Below are positions 38,770-52,186 of a DNA stretch of 64,000 nucleotides, in pieces (within the stretch, counting starts at the first letter, position 1; the number at the start of each line of letters is the position of its first letter). The DNA comes from Eledone cirrhosa (lineage: Eukaryota). The notes under the pieces are model-generated. The model saw only the letters and a list, made by a program, of their open reading frames with translations. It ran no database searches and had not been told where the DNA came from. A program made the position numbers and the translations under genes. The stretch covers positions 254,014,001 to 254,078,000 of the forward strand of contig OZ024742.1 in the NCBI GenBank assembly GCA_964016885.1. The letters are read 5' to 3'.

Positions 38770-39055
38770 CCCCCACACCCCCCACCGCAAGGTGGTCGTG
38801 GAGGTGCCACGGCAAAAAAGCACCCAGCCCACACTGTAAAGTGGACGTGTAGGCGCCACGAAAAAGCACCCAGCACTCACTGTAAATGAGGTTGGTGTTA
38901 GGAAGGGCATCCAGCTGTAGAAATCAAGCCAAATCAGTTCCTGTATGAGCAAGGCATGGTCAGCCGACCAGACACTGCCCACAACAGGACAACCCGTCTA
39001 ACCCATGCTAGCGTGGAAGAACGGACCTAAAACGATGATGATGATGATGATGATG
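38770..39055 (+). mobile_element. Short non-autonomous RTE-related repeat
   Basis: AAAAAAGCACCCAG duplicated; GGAAGGGCATCCAGCTGTAG; (GAT)n tail. Confidence 0.75.
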
Positions 39056-39150
39056 ATATATATTTATATATACATATGTGTATGTGTATATATATACATA
39101 TATATATATATATATACATATGTGTATATATATTTATATATATATATTTA

Positions 39151-39448
39151 TATTAAGACAGGGGGGAAGAAAAAATGGCTTCACTTGTGCTTTCAACAAA
39201 TTTATTTTCTTCACAAAATCCAAAAAGAATTTTTTTCCCGGATTAGAAAAAACATTTTTTTTTTTTTTTTTTCTTAAAAAAAATTATTTTATAAAATAAT
39301 TTTTTTTAAGAAAAAAAAATTCTAATCCGGGAAAAAAATTATTTTTGGATTTTGTGAAGAAAATAAATTTGTTGAAAGCACAAGTGAAGCCATTTTTTCT
39401 TCCCCCCTGTCTTAATATACCTAACTACCAAGGATTACACACATTTTC

Positions 39449-39450
<2 letters not shown>
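39151..39450. repeat. Asymmetric fold-back element in (TA)n
   Basis: 39151-39247 is the near-perfect reverse complement of 39321-39416, with an A/T-rich centre; right arm extends ~35 bp further. Confidence 0.85.
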
Positions 39451-39480
<30 letters not shown>

Positions 39481-39667
39481 GTAAACGGAATAGAAAATGC
39501 TGACAAATTGTTCACAGTTGAAAAATGGTTTAATTAAAAGAGTATTAGTGATTGTATGGGTTAGTATTCAGTTGTGGTTTTAAGTTTTTAAGTTTTTACC
39601 AGTTGCGCATTTCTAAATGCTTTTCAAAAATAATTTTGAGATAGAGTGTCCGTGCTGTTTGCTATAC

Positions 39668-39702
<35 letters not shown>

Positions 39703-40216
39703 CATATATAACTAGAAAAAGCTTACTAGAAAAATTCCTCACATACAGGCATAACAATGGAGACGGTATCTTACCAACATCTACCAGCAATAATAGGGTA
39801 ACCCAGGTCGGCCCCCTCAGGGGCTATGTTAACACATGGGACTAATAGGAACAGCGCGTGCAACAGGCAGCAGTCCAGCTGCCACAGTAGAAACACCCAC
39901 CAAGGCTTAAACGACCACACCGGCCAATGGCAACACGGAAATGCCGGCGTAATGTCATATGGTTCCTTCCCTCCTACACTAGGAGTATAGCCTCAAACAT
40001 ACCTAGAATCTTCTTCAACACCTTGGAGAGGAACTTCCCACCTAACCATAGGTACCATAAGATCCTAAACAAGAATAACGTCAAAATCTGTTACTCTACT
40101 ACACCTAACTTAGCCAACCTCATAGCACTTAGCAACCACAGTAAGCTTACTAGAATCATGCTATCTCGTAATGCCAACATTTGAATGCCTGGCCACCTTA
40201 ATAACCATAACAATAC

Positions 40217-40396
40217 TTGTTTCTACTTTAGGCACAAGGCCAGCAATTACCCAGTGCATTACTGGTACTTTATTTTATCGACCCCGTAAGGATGAAAGGC
40301 AAAGTCAACCTCGGCGGGATTTGAACTCAGATCGTAAAGGGACGTAACTATGCTTGAAAGCATGGCGTCCGACCCTCTACCGATACTGCCAATCCA
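40217..40396 (-). mobile_element. Nin/Deu-like tRNA SINE
   Basis: Same head and core as 18185-18377. Confidence 0.87.
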
Positions 40397-41486
40397 AACA
40401 ATACTGTTTGCCATAATAACAATGATAGAAACCAGGATAATAATGATAGTAATAACAATAACATTAACAATATCAACACCATAGAGACTAACCACAGCAT
40501 TAATAGTGGAACTGATGACCAGGATAGAAACTGTAGCAGTGATAACAACAGCAGTAGAGGGAGCCATAATAAGAACAATAGAAATAACACCATGTCGCAA
40601 AACTATATCTGTAATAATGCCAACCGCAACAATGACGACAGCAGTGATAGTGGTAATGATAGTAGTAATGATAGCAGCGAACCTCACCACATTAGAAATA
40701 GCAACAAAAGGCATTACAATTGTCGAAACCTCAACAACTGTCCACTCCAGGGCCACTGCTTGATTAGAAATGTAATCTACAAATGCACTCTGATGAGTTA
40801 TAATAGCATAAAGTCATATATAGATGCCACTTCTAATGAGTTCAAGACTAGATTTAGATCGCATCTCCTCTCATTTAGAAATAAGAAACTCAGATTCTCT
40901 ACCTCCCTTGATAATTATATTACACTATTAACTGAATCTAACATTAGCTACACCACACAATGGGGAAAAGTTGATCAAGCAACCCCATATAATTTTAGGA
41001 ATAATTGCCAGCTCTGCCTAATGGAAACATACTTTATAGTGAACTCACCCCAGGAACTCATTAATAGTCGGGCTGAAACAGTCATCAATTGCAACCACAG
41101 ACTATAGCACTCGTTCTACAAGTGGTCTCCAGAACAAGAATAACATCCTATCCCCACAGCTATCTGCATCGCACCACCATTTAGTCCACCTACAATAAGT
41201 AGGTCAAAGTGCAGTGTCTAATGACGCTATTAACCCTCCATCTGATTTTTACTGAGGCACTGCCCATCACCTACTGAGTTAGGCTCACCCTGCTAAACCT
41301 TCCCCCAAGCTGGGATAGGTTAAAATAAATTTGAGGGTAATTTAATGCCTAGCATCGTACAGTTACCTCCCCTAGTGGATTATGCCCCTTTCACTGACGC
41401 CATTGTTGTTATTTTTTTCGTTTATCATGCAAGAAATGATTCTCAACGGTATTTATACTTATTGATGACATTATACAATCAATTAT

Positions 41487-41525
41487 TTCTCTGACGAACC
41501 CCTGTGGGCGAAACATGTATAAGAG
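41487..41525 (+). ncRNA. Minimal hammerhead motif in PLE 3' UTR, partly decayed
   Basis: ttct-CTGACGA-accc ctgt gggc-GAAA-catgtata-agag; core intact, stem I/III register imperfect. Confidence 0.6.
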
Positions 41526-41619
41526 CTATATAAAGAACTTGTTTTAATGGCTTGTAACTCCTTCATTCTTTCATTTGCTTATATATATATATGTATGTAT
41601 GGCTAAGAACATATTTTCC

Positions 41620-44200
41620 AATGGATACTGTGAAGCAGTACAGTAAAACCAACAACTTAATAGTAGTTGGGCTCTATAGGTCACCCGAAACACCCTTACC
41701 ATGCTTCAAGTTATGCTTCAACAGCATAAAGTGTTTCATCCAACAGTGTCACCCTTATGATCGTGGACTTCAACCTCCACGGTGTCAACTGGTCCACAAA
41801 CATACCAGATTTTTCCACCTCGACCCCTGACAAGGAGGCAGTAGAATCGCTTCTTGAGTTCATGGATGAGTTTCTTCTGTCCCAACTTGTACTCAAAACA
41901 ACAAGGTGCCACAAAAACGTTTTGGACCTAATGATCAGTAACCTCACTGACACTATCCACAATATTGCAGTGGAAAAACTCTACTCTCAGATCATGACAT
42001 GGTTCTTTGTGATCTGAGATTCCACAATCCAAAAAGCAAACACAATGACATCTCTTCAATTCATCCATTTGACTCCATGGATCTTCATAATGCAATAATC
42101 AATCAATCATAATCTTGCAATCAATCATAATCTTGCACATGTCGATTGGTCTTTCATGCACACTCACACACCCACTAACTGGGAGACCTTTGTAGACACT
42201 ATACCAAATATATGGGCAAAACACACCCCATTATGATCTGTAAACAAATCTAAGTGCATAATCCCTAGAATTAGAAGAACACACCAGAAAAATTAAAAGA
42301 TTTAACAAAAAAACTAAAAATCAACGAACTGAAATACTGCCAGCAGCAACACACACATTTGACTGCCATTACATCGCTAGAATAAAAAAAAAAACAACCT
42401 CGAAAACAGCATGATGTCCATCATAAACAATCAAAGAACAGCTGAAGAGGCCCGGGCTATTGAGAAAATCAAACTCTATCCCATAGTGTTCTTTTCATTT
42501 GCCAACAAACACAAGGTCACTGGCTCTACTGTTGGCCCTCAAATTGATGAAAATGGCACTCTTACGAGTGTTAATCCCCAATACACTATATCGGACATAA
42601 CATTTGCCGCACCTGATGTCTTAGTGGCAATAAAAGAAACTAAACACAATTCAGCAGTAGGCGCCGATAGATTTCCTGCTTGTGTCCTGAAGGTGTGTCG
42701 ACACCAACTTGCATCTCCTCTTGCTAATCTGTGCAGGAACTCACTGGATGCTGGGTATATACCAGAAAACTTACTATCCCAGTCTGTTGTCCCAGTTTTG
42801 AAAAACGGAAACAAATCCCTCACCATGAATTACCATCCGATTGTACTCACCTCTCATATCGTTAAAGTATTTGAGAGGGTGGTGAGATAACAAATAATTC
42901 ACTTTCTCGAAAGTAAGAATCTGTTGAACTCCAAGCAACATGGGTTTTGTAATGGAAAGGATTGCCTAACGCAGCTACTGCATCAATTTGATGACCTTTT
43001 GAGAGCTTTGGGAGAGGGCTCCAACACTGATGTCATCTACTTTCATTTCAGCAAGGCCTTTGACAGAGTTGATCACAATATTTTACTGTGAAAACTATCC
43101 AACATCGGTGTCACTAGAAAGTTGCTGCAGTGGATCAAGTGTTTTCTGTCAAACATGGTCCAACATGTTCTAGTCGAAGGAATAAAATACAGCCCAGCCA
43201 CATCAGTAGTGGTGTCCCACAAAGCACTGTGTTGGGCCCACTTCTTTTCATTATCTATATTAATGACATTACTAACATCATCAAGCACAGAAGCATAAGA
43301 ATCTTCGCAGATGATTCCAAGCTCCAGAAGGTCATCAATGGTGTGGGTGACTGGATATGCCTCCAATCAGATGTATTGGCTGTTATCCAATGGACGGAAA
43401 AGGACAATATGCTGCTGAACGAGGATAAATTTGAGTTAATCCACTTTGGAAAAGATGATGCCCTGAAACTCCCATACTCCCTTCCTTCAGGTGAAACTCT
43501 CATAGCATCCAACAACATCAGAGACTTGGGAGTAATTGAGAACAATAACATAAGCTGGGACACTCATATAAACAGCAAAGTTGACATGGCCTGCAGAATG
43601 TGTTCCTGGATTCTCAGAAACTTCCAGTCGAGAGACATCCACACTATCATCCTTCTCTTCAAATGTCAATCATGAACCTCCTCAAATGTCAATCATGAAA
43701 AAGATAGATGGCATGTCAGGCCTTGACTATTGGAGTCGACTAGAAAAACTCAAACTTTATTCTCTCCAACACCGCTGTGGGCACTACATTATCTGCATGA
43801 TGTGGAAAATATTCCATCAGCATTGCCCAAATGGTGCTGGTATCATCTTTAAAATACACCCAAAGCTTGGGCCCCATGCTATCCACCCACAACAAAAACC
43901 ACACTCGCATCTCATAACAACAATACGGCACAATTATTTCACCTCAATTGGCCACACTCTTTAACATTACACCAAAACATATTAAAACAGAAACAGACCC
44001 CATAAAGTTCAAGAAGTCTTTGGACAAATTCCTTCAAGAAATCCTGGATAAACCTCCTACCCCTGGATATGTCTCCGCAAACAATATCTCCCTTCTTGAG
44101 TGGGCCATGGTATCCAAATTCTGATTTGAAAGACTTTGCAAGGTGGTACTATTAAGTTAAACATGGCTTGGGCCTATGCTGGCCAAAATCTATCAAAGTT
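41620..44200 (+). mobile_element. Degraded CR1/L2/Jockey-group LINE (APE + RT)
   Basis: DFNL..VNW, LDL, NYHPIVLTS, SGVPQSTVLGPLLF, IFADDSKL, RDLGV. Confidence 0.87.
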
Positions 44201-44201
44201 A

Positions 44202-44238
<37 letters not shown>

Positions 44239-44242
44239 TCAT

Positions 44243-44580
44243 GGAGGCACATGGCTTAGAGGTTAGAGCATTGGCCTTGCAATCGAAAGGTTGTGAGTTC
44301 AATTCTCAGACTGGGTGATGTGTTGTTTCCTTGAGCAAGACACTTTATTTCACATTGCTCCAGTTTACTCAGCTGTAGAAATGAGATGATAGGGACTGGG
44401 GTCCATATCATTCCACTGCAAAGTGGTCGTGGAGGTGCCACGGCAAAAAAGCACCCAGCACTCACTGTAAATGAGGTTGGTGTTAGGAAGGGCATCCAGC
44501 TGTAGAAATCAAGCCAAATCAGTTCCCGTCCCACCCTTGCAAGCAGGGAAAAAGCGGACGTAAAATGAAATGATGATGAT
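44243..44580 (+). mobile_element. Meta-like tRNA SINE with RTE-derived tail
   Basis: Full copy, near-identical to 6128-6460. Confidence 0.87.
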
Positions 44581-44659
44581 ATCATCACTATTTCACAGCT
44601 ACTTTTCCATGCTTTCATGAGTTGGACATGTTTTTTTTAGTACAGCATCCCACCACTAA

Positions 44660-46010
44660 TTGTGTTCCTTTGATACCCCTGCTGTGATTCGATAATAGCT
44701 CTCACCATCTCTGACTAGGTCTTCCTTGCTCTTCATTTCACAGGGAACTCTAGGCATTTCTTCACCCAATTATCATCATTCATGCACACACACACGCACA
44801 AACACATACCACCCCAGTCTTCTCTCATGTACATAACATTTGATTCCTTTTATAGCCAGTTTATCTTTCAGTTCATCCATGTTTTATCATTCATGAAAAT
44901 TAACTTCACACATTCATCAAAGCATGCACATTTCCTTTCCCTCCAATCTTCACATATCCTCTGCATTCACTGCTCATGTTTCACTACCGTGCAACATCAA
45001 ACTCCATACACAGGCATCATACAGTTGGCATTTGTTCATAGAGAGAAGCATTTTGTTATCAATAGAGGCAGTAGTTCCTTGAAATTTTTCATCTTGTTCT
45101 TATTCTAGCAACTGTCTTCTTAGAGCACCTTCTTCCAGCTGCTAACTAGATCACCTACATAGCAGAAACTATGAACCATTTCTATGGATCCTTCCTGAGA
45201 TTCGAAAATGTTTATTTCACTGATGCTCTTACTACCAACTATACCTGTACATACAGAGTCTATCTTTCCTCTTAGTTTGCCTGTTATCCCACTACACTCT
45301 TGTGTACACAAGGTTTATATTGTGTATACCATATAGGGTTTCTACCTAGTTCTTTTCTACATAGCAATCACAGCCCTAACTTATTTCCTACTTACTAGCA
45401 CTTTGGCTTTTGCCAAGGTTACTCTGAGCTCTTTATAATTCTAAGTTCCCTTTCCATAGCTGAAATTACTTCTCCATTTCTTCCCCAAATTTATCTATAA
45501 AAACCACATCAGCATTCAGAATTTCCCATGGACATCCAATCTTATACTCCTCTGTTATTTTCTGGAGAACTATAATAAACAAAGGTGGGTTGAAGTCCAA
45601 GCCCTCACACACACTTGTACCTTGAATTCCTCACTTAACTCATTTCCTATTTTCACTTCACTGACAGTTTCTCTACGCATGGCTTGCCATTTTTCTACAT
45701 CTAGTTTCCTTAAGGACCATCAGATAACAGAACATGGCACTCTGTCAAAGGCCTTCTCTAGATAAAAGAAAGCTAGATATAAAGGCTTATTCTAAGCTAG
45801 GAAATTCTCGTAGTTGTTTCTTTAAGAGGAGGGTATCTGTAGTACTTCTTCCTGACACAAAATGAAACTGCATTTCATCTAATATGACATTTTCCCTAAT
45901 TGGTTGTGCTAGAATCCCTTTGTCACTTCACTTTCATGACATGATCTGTCAGTTTTTCGCCCCAGTAATTGCTCATTTCTAGAATAACACCCTTTCTTTT
46001 GTAATTAATG
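44660..46010 (-). mobile_element. Degraded RTE LINE RT/3' fragment
   Basis: Reverse-complement similarity to 37300-38650 (DEMQF, LEKAFDRV, CSGITG, FCYVGD). Confidence 0.8.
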
Positions 46011-47264
46011 AGTTTATGGCAGTGTCAGTCATAATAATAATATAATTTGAGTTAACTTCATATTATATTATTCTATATTATATTATTATTATAATTTTTC
46101 AATATATAATTATTAAATCAAAAAATTTTAAATTAAAACATTTTTAAATTTAAAAAAAATTTAAACTAAAAGAAAAATCTTTTTAACAAAGATTTTATTT
46201 TATTTCTAATTTTTAATTTCTTTTCTTTCAGTTTGTTATTCTGACATTTTGTCAATTTTGTCATCTTTCCAACTTTTTATTTTTTCGGCTTTTTCATTAA
46301 CCTCACCCGATAATATCCTAGCAGTATGGACCAGGTACACAAACATCTGATCAGATTCTTTGATAATTAAGTTTTAAAACTACTATACAGACGTCCCTCA
46401 CCTGTACCAATTTCTTGGTTGTAACCCAAAACCTGGAGAACCAACTGCACTACCCCTTCTAGAAACCCGATAAAATCCTACATTGCATAAATAGACATTC
46501 TAACTACCCAAGAGCAATCAGCCAAAATTTGGTAAAAATAATCTCTCCCAATAAATCAAGATGATAAATACATTCCATTTCCCCTTCATAATTCTTAAAC
46601 TCAGCCAAATTCTTTCCTCACCACTACAATACCACCGTTGTTCCTATCCATCCCCATATAAATAATGAAACATACATACACACACACAACCACTTCCAGA
46701 AAATATATATAAAGAATATGTAAAATATAGATATATAAAAATATAATCAATTTATTCTAAAATTTTCTTTAACAACATATAAAGAACATTTTCTCTTATA
46801 TGAATAGTTTATCATTTTACCAACATGTCAGTCACCTAAGCCATGCCCCTGCAAATAGATGTGTCTACAATCTAGAATTAGCTGTCAAAATGGCACGAGC
46901 TCAGCCATCGGGCCCTGACTTATTCTAATATAGTTATACTCTACTATGCCATGTATCGAGTACTATGTTGAATAAATGGTCTTACCAAATTAATATTGAT
47001 TTAATCCTGATATAGATAACTCATAAAACAGTAGTTGAGCACTTTTTGACCTATATAACTCCTCAATCCCAGCCTCACCAGGCCCATTTCTACATCTTGA
47101 CCAATAACCAAACACACTATGCAACGACAAACTATCGATTTCTTGATGAAGAATATTACCATACCACTGAGAAAAATCTACCCACGATCACTAATTAAAA
47201 AAATTGATACTTTCATGAAACGCTTACAATTCAGCCATCGGGCTATAACTCTTCCCACCCCACC

Positions 47265-47595
47265 CTCCCACACATCTCCCATGAGGACAGGCCAAAGTAT
47301 GCATCCATTGAAGTCCCCGGCCCACACTGTAAAGTGGTAGTGTTGGTGTCAACAAAAAGCACCCAGCCCACACTGTAAAGTGGTCATGTAGGTATTACAA
47401 CAAAAAGTACCCAGTACTCACTGTAAATGAGGTTGGTGTTAGGAAGGGCATCCAGCTGTAGAAATCATGTCAAAATCAGTTCCTGTATGAGCAAGACAAG
47501 GTCACTCGACCTGCCACTGCTCACAACAGGACAACCCATCTAACCCATACTGGAAGAATGGATGTAAAACGGTGATGATGATGATGATGATGATA
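47265..47595 (+). mobile_element. Short non-autonomous RTE-related repeat
   Basis: Head near-identical to 9320-9410; (GAT)n tail. Confidence 0.75.
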
Positions 47596-48080
47596 TATAC
47601 ATAGTGTATATATATATATATAAATATATAGATATATTATGTATAAATAATATATTATATATTATATATATATGTATATATATATGTGAAGTAATTCCGT
47701 CGGAAAAGTCCAGGAAAAAAGAGTGCTCTATGTAGGTAACAGCTTAATAGTTATGTAATAAACAACATAAGGCCCGCTTGCCTTAACTCAAAGACTGAGA
47801 TCTTCAGATGCTGTCCTCATCTGAAATCACATATGATCTATAACTGGATTGACACTCCTATGAAAAATCAATCGCCTTGAACTCCTTTCCTGCTCTTTAC
47901 TTCTGCTACGTTTTTTTTTCATTTTGCTGAATCTACGTTCTGTACTCTTGTATATTTTTTTCTTCTCCCTTATCCACCCTCATATTTCACCTTTTCCTAT
48001 GTCTTCCCCTATATATTCTGTTTGCCTTACCCTTCACATACCTATGTGTATGTGTATGTATGTTTATGTGTATATATATG

Positions 48081-48111
<31 letters not shown>

Positions 48112-48145
48112 ATATATTTATGTATATGTAGATAGACCAGGTTTT

Positions 48146-48206
48146 TTTCATTCTGAGGATTGAAGGCAAACATTTTTTGCTTTTAAGAAACCACTGGTGA
48201 ATGGAA
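48146..48206 (+). ncRNA. Type I hammerhead, probably inactive copy (GUG at cleavage site)
   Basis: tttcatt-CTGAGGA-ttgaaggcaaa..tttgcttttaa-GAAA-ccactg-GTG-aatggaa; homolog of 54570-54629. Confidence 0.75.
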
Positions 48207-48317
48207 TAATTGTCTTATGTTGCTTATTACTTTACTACTATATATATGTATATGTAGGGTTCATATGAATTATCTAAGATTGAGTTTTACACACACACAC
48301 ATATATATGTGTATATG

Positions 48318-48352
<35 letters not shown>

Positions 48353-48574
48353 TTGTATTTGGTCGTGCGTGTTTATGATATGTACGTATTTGTATGTGTA
48401 TAATTGTATAGCTATGTATGTATGTGTGTATGTATACATATATATATGTGTGTGTATGTGTGTGTGTGTGTGTTTTTATATATATATATATATATATGAA
48501 GGTTATCTCCCTTGCTGAAATCCATGTGCGTATTTTCAGCCTGGGTTTTGTCTTTTCATCCGTTCGGACTAAAG

Positions 48575-48698
48575 CTCGTTGAAGAAGTAACTCCAGTCCC
48601 CCGTCGTCTGTAAGTCTTATATTTTTATGATAGAGGACGGTTTAAGGATTTACAGAAACCCAAGAAGCTAGATATACCATCTCTCTAGTGGGTTCGGG
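48575..48698 (+). ncRNA. Extended hammerhead-like motif (C3U) with long stems II and III
   Basis: ctcg-TTGAAGA-agtaactcc..ccgtc.tct..aga.gacgg..ggatttaca-GAAA-ccca..ctag..ctag tgg-GTT-cggg. Confidence 0.55.
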
Positions 48699-48933
48699 TA
48701 TGCTTTTTACATTCATTTGATTTATTGATTTATTGATAATTTATCTGAGTGTCCCGAATCTTCCATATCGCAATTTTTCGGTTGTTTGGTTGATTGTAGA
48801 CATATTCTACGTGTGACGGTATTTTAACGATAGTTATAGCTCTGATTTATTTGAATTATGGAGCCCTCTGTCGCTCATCTCGAATTTTGTTTATCGTGAA
48901 CTCGTGCGCCGATTTTTCGATACTCGATTATTC

Positions 48934-48990
<57 letters not shown>

Positions 48991-48994
<4 letters not shown>

Positions 48995-49453
48995 ATTAAA
49001 TAAATGGAAACTATATTTATAAAACCATATCTATTTCATTATATATATTTCAGGGATATCATATTAACAATATGCTATGCCTTCCTCAGACAAAATACAA
49101 TATAAACAGTTTTATAGATAAATAGATTCGACATACCGTAACAACATCGACTTGTATTTGAAAAGGTTGATTGACTGCCAAATCAACCTTTTCAAATACA
49201 AGTCGATGTTGTTACGGTATGTCGAATCTATTTATCTATAAAACTGTTTATATTGTATTTTGTCTGAGGAAGGCATAGCATATTGTTAATATGATATCCC
49301 TGAAATATATATAATGAAATAGATATGGTTTTATAAATATAGTTTCCATTTATTTAATATTGTAAATATACTCCAAATATTTGTCGAGTGCTTTTATATC
49401 AGTTATAAATATTTACTAGTTGTAACCCAACAATTTAAATATAACTTTCCATG
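48991..49453. mobile_element. Second asymmetric fold-back element with an HHR in each arm (49032-49097 minus, 49256-49321 plus)
   Basis: Arms 48991-49172 / 49181-49362, 8-nt spacer; same start and end nucleotides as 8451-8890. Confidence 0.9.
49256..49321 (+). ncRNA. Type I hammerhead ribozyme
   Basis: tattttgt-CTGAGGA-agg..catatt gtt aatatg..cct-GAAA-tatat-ATA-atgaaata. Confidence 0.85.
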
Positions 49454-49497
49454 TATATATATATATATATATGTAAGGATACACACATATAGCTTTC

Positions 49498-49543
<46 letters not shown>

Positions 49544-50180
49544 ATATGTGTTTGTATAATTGTATACGTGTGTGTGTGTGTGCGTGTTTGTGTATGTATT
49601 TGTGTATGTGTATGTATGTGTTTATGTATTTATATATGTATATTTATGTGTGAGAATGTGTGTATGTATTTACTATTTCGTACGTATGTATACGTGCATT
49701 TGTGTGTATTACTTACCACGCGTGTCTGTTCATCTACCCGCCGTTTGTATCGCTGTCAACTCTATAATAATCTTTATTATTATTTTATTTTTTTATATAT
49801 ATTTTTTCTTATATTTATTTGCGTGTGTGAATATGTAGAGGAGTGTATATTTTTCTAATTTTGTACATGTATATGTACGCATTTATGTATGTGTATGTAT
49901 GTGTGTATATAGGTATGATTGTGTGCATGTATGTATGTATATGTATGTTTGTGTATGTGTATGCATGTACATATATATATATATATATATGTATTTCTAT
50001 TTCTATATGTATGTATGCGTGTATATATGTGTGTGTGGTTGTATATATGTATGTGTATGTATGGATGTGTTGATATTTATGTGCGTATGTATGTATGTGT
50101 ATATGTATGTGTATGTGTGTATTCATATACACATATGTGTGTATATATGTGTGTGTATGTATGAGTGTATATATATATAT

Positions 50181-50237
<57 letters not shown>

Positions 50238-50242
<5 letters not shown>

Positions 50243-52043
50243 ATATTTGGGGAGGGTCATATTTGCGTAATATTGCCAGAATTAATAACAGCACACACTC
50301 ACTGTTTGGTTGGTTTTCGCTTCTCGCTGTCTTTTATATATATATATCTGCGATCTAACTTACTCGGTCCTCAATGTTGCCATTGACTGACCGGCGGTCA
50401 AAAATAATACAGATACAATATAGACAAACACATATATATATAGTTTACATAATTTACATAAATCTTTCGTTGCACATCTGCAACATCGTCAGTGGTGTTA
50501 TATTCATTGTTCCTCCTGTTGTGTTGTATGTCTACGCCATTTTTTTTGTTCAGTCTGTCTATATATTTATTTATTTATTTGCTTGTTTGTTTATCTTATT
50601 TTATTTTGTCTTCTTTGCGCATGCGTTTGCGTGTGTGTATAGTGTTATGTGTGATGTGTGACTAGTGTGTACAGTGTTGTGTCTGCTGGGTGACTAGTGT
50701 GTGTTTATGTGCTTGTGTATGTATTTATTTATCTTATTTTATTTTATTTAATTTACTTATTTATTTATACTTCTCTTAGGTCAGTGTTGTTTGTTTGGGT
50801 GTTGTTGTTGTTCCACTCATTCTTTCTGTTTAGCTTTGCTCTTCTAATTTCTATTTCACTGGCCTCTCTGATTTGCCTATCTGCTGGGTCATTTCTATGT
50901 TTAGATATTATTCTAATTTCTATGTTGTCTATGTTACCGTCATGTTGTTGTCTAGCATGTTCGTATAGTACTGACCCGTTTTTTCGTCCTTTTAGTTCCC
51001 CCCAGTGTTGGTCTATCCTTTCACCTATGCTACGAGCTGTCTCACCTATGTATGTTGTTGTCGTGTTTCTGCAAGTACCCTCTGTACATCTTATGCTATA
51101 GACTACGTTTCTAGTTTTACAGTTTATCCGGGGGTTCACCTTACATATGATACATTTCCTATTGGTACAGTGGGTTTTCTTAAAAGGGTAGGTTCTGCTG
51201 ATCAGGGATTTTATGGTGGTTCCTGGCTTTTCTACCACCTTTATTTTTAAGTGGGTCTTTCTCAGGGCCTTTCTACACTGGTTAGCTAATTTCCCTCCAG
51301 GGGTGGCGTCCACAAACATGACACTCTGATATCTCTGGTTGTCGTACCATGATGTGGCCTTCCCTATCTTATGTCTAGCCCTATCTAAGCTATTCCATGA
51401 TTTGCTCCTGTATAGTGGGCAAATTCCTTTCATGTCCAGTTCTATGAGGGTCTTATACTTTTCCATGGCTCCTTCGTATACTCTGACTCTGTCTCTTTGG
51501 TTGTAGCCAGAGAACTGCATGCGGTTGATGAAGTGTTGGATGTGTCCTTCCATTTCTGTTGGGTCGCACATGCTGGACACATTCTTCATCACTCGTACCA
51601 AATCTGCGATCAGAATATTAAACTTAGCACTACTGGACATTGCTGAGTTTTTGAGTATCAGGTATTTGGAGGCCATGGGTTTAGCATAGTGTGAGTGGAG
51701 AATTTGGGCTCTCTCGTCTATAGTGTTAATCCAGAGTTCTGTGTCTAATACAGGTAGTCTATTGCAACGAAAGATTTATGTAAATTATGTAAACTATATA
51801 TATATGTGTTTGTCTATATTGTATCTGTATTATTTTTGACCGCCGGTCAGTCAATGGCAACATTGAGGACCGAGTAAGTTAGATCGCAGATATATATATA
51901 TAAAAGACAGCGAGAAGTGAAAACCAACCAAACAGTGAGTGTGTGCTGTTATTAATTCTGGCAATATTACGCAAATATGACCCTCCCCAAATATAACAAT
52001 ATCTGTTTCGACACACGATTTCATATAAAAAACCTCGCAAAAC
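50238..52043 (-). mobile_element. 5'-truncated Penelope-like element with inverted 3'-end copy, flanked by (TA)n
   Basis: Inverted repeat 50238-50474 / 51763-52002 around a GIY-YIG ORF. Confidence 0.92.
50765..51676 (-). CDS. PLE RT thumb/linker + GIY-YIG endonuclease (uninterrupted 303-aa C-terminal part)
   Basis: C....C..C linker, NVVYSIRC..TYIGETARSIGERIDQH, RQIREA, LNRKNEW. Confidence 0.9.
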   Translation of the reverse strand: MASKYLILKNSAMSSSAKFNILIADLVRVMKNVSSMCDPTEMEGHIQHFINRMQFSGYNQRDRVRVYEGAMEKYKTLIELDMKGICPLYRSKSWNSLDRARHKIGKATSWYDNQRYQSVMFVDATPGGKLANQCRKALRKTHLKIKVVEKPGTTIKSLISRTYPFKKTHCTNRKCIICKVNPRINCKTRNVVYSIRCTEGTCRNTTTTYIGETARSIGERIDQHWGELKGRKNGSVLYEHARQQHDGNIDNIEIRIISKHRNDPADRQIREASEIEIRRAKLNRKNEWNNNNTQTNNTDLREV

Positions 52044-52081
<38 letters not shown>

Positions 52082-52186
52082 AGCGTGTATGTATGCTTTT
52101 GTCTGTGTTTGTGTGTGTGTTTGCATGTGTGGTTTTATTTTATTTTTCCTTTCCTTCTTCTTTCTCCAGCCTCACTTTCATATAAT

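Larger units (their letters stand above)
39880..41580 (+). mobile_element. PLE 3' portion (linker + GIY-YIG + 3' UTR), interrupted by a SINE and simple repeat
   Basis: RRNVIWF.P.Y..FP..H..KI.N....I.YSTTPNL (39927-40184); NCR..NCPLQGHCL..VIYKC..YI..T..FKTR (40592-41107). Confidence 0.88.

Noticed and set aside
40259-40763. Hydrophobic / Thr-Ile-rich ORFs resembling a membrane protein
   Set aside because: Derived from a degenerate trinucleotide repeat plus SINE inside a PLE remnant
44243-44312. tRNA-like sequences in SINE heads
   Set aside because: No complete cloverleaf with acceptor stem; each continues into a SINE core and tail
47790-47845. CTGAGA..hairpin..GAAATCA..GATC motif
   Set aside because: Core spacing does not fit CUGANGA and stem I does not pair
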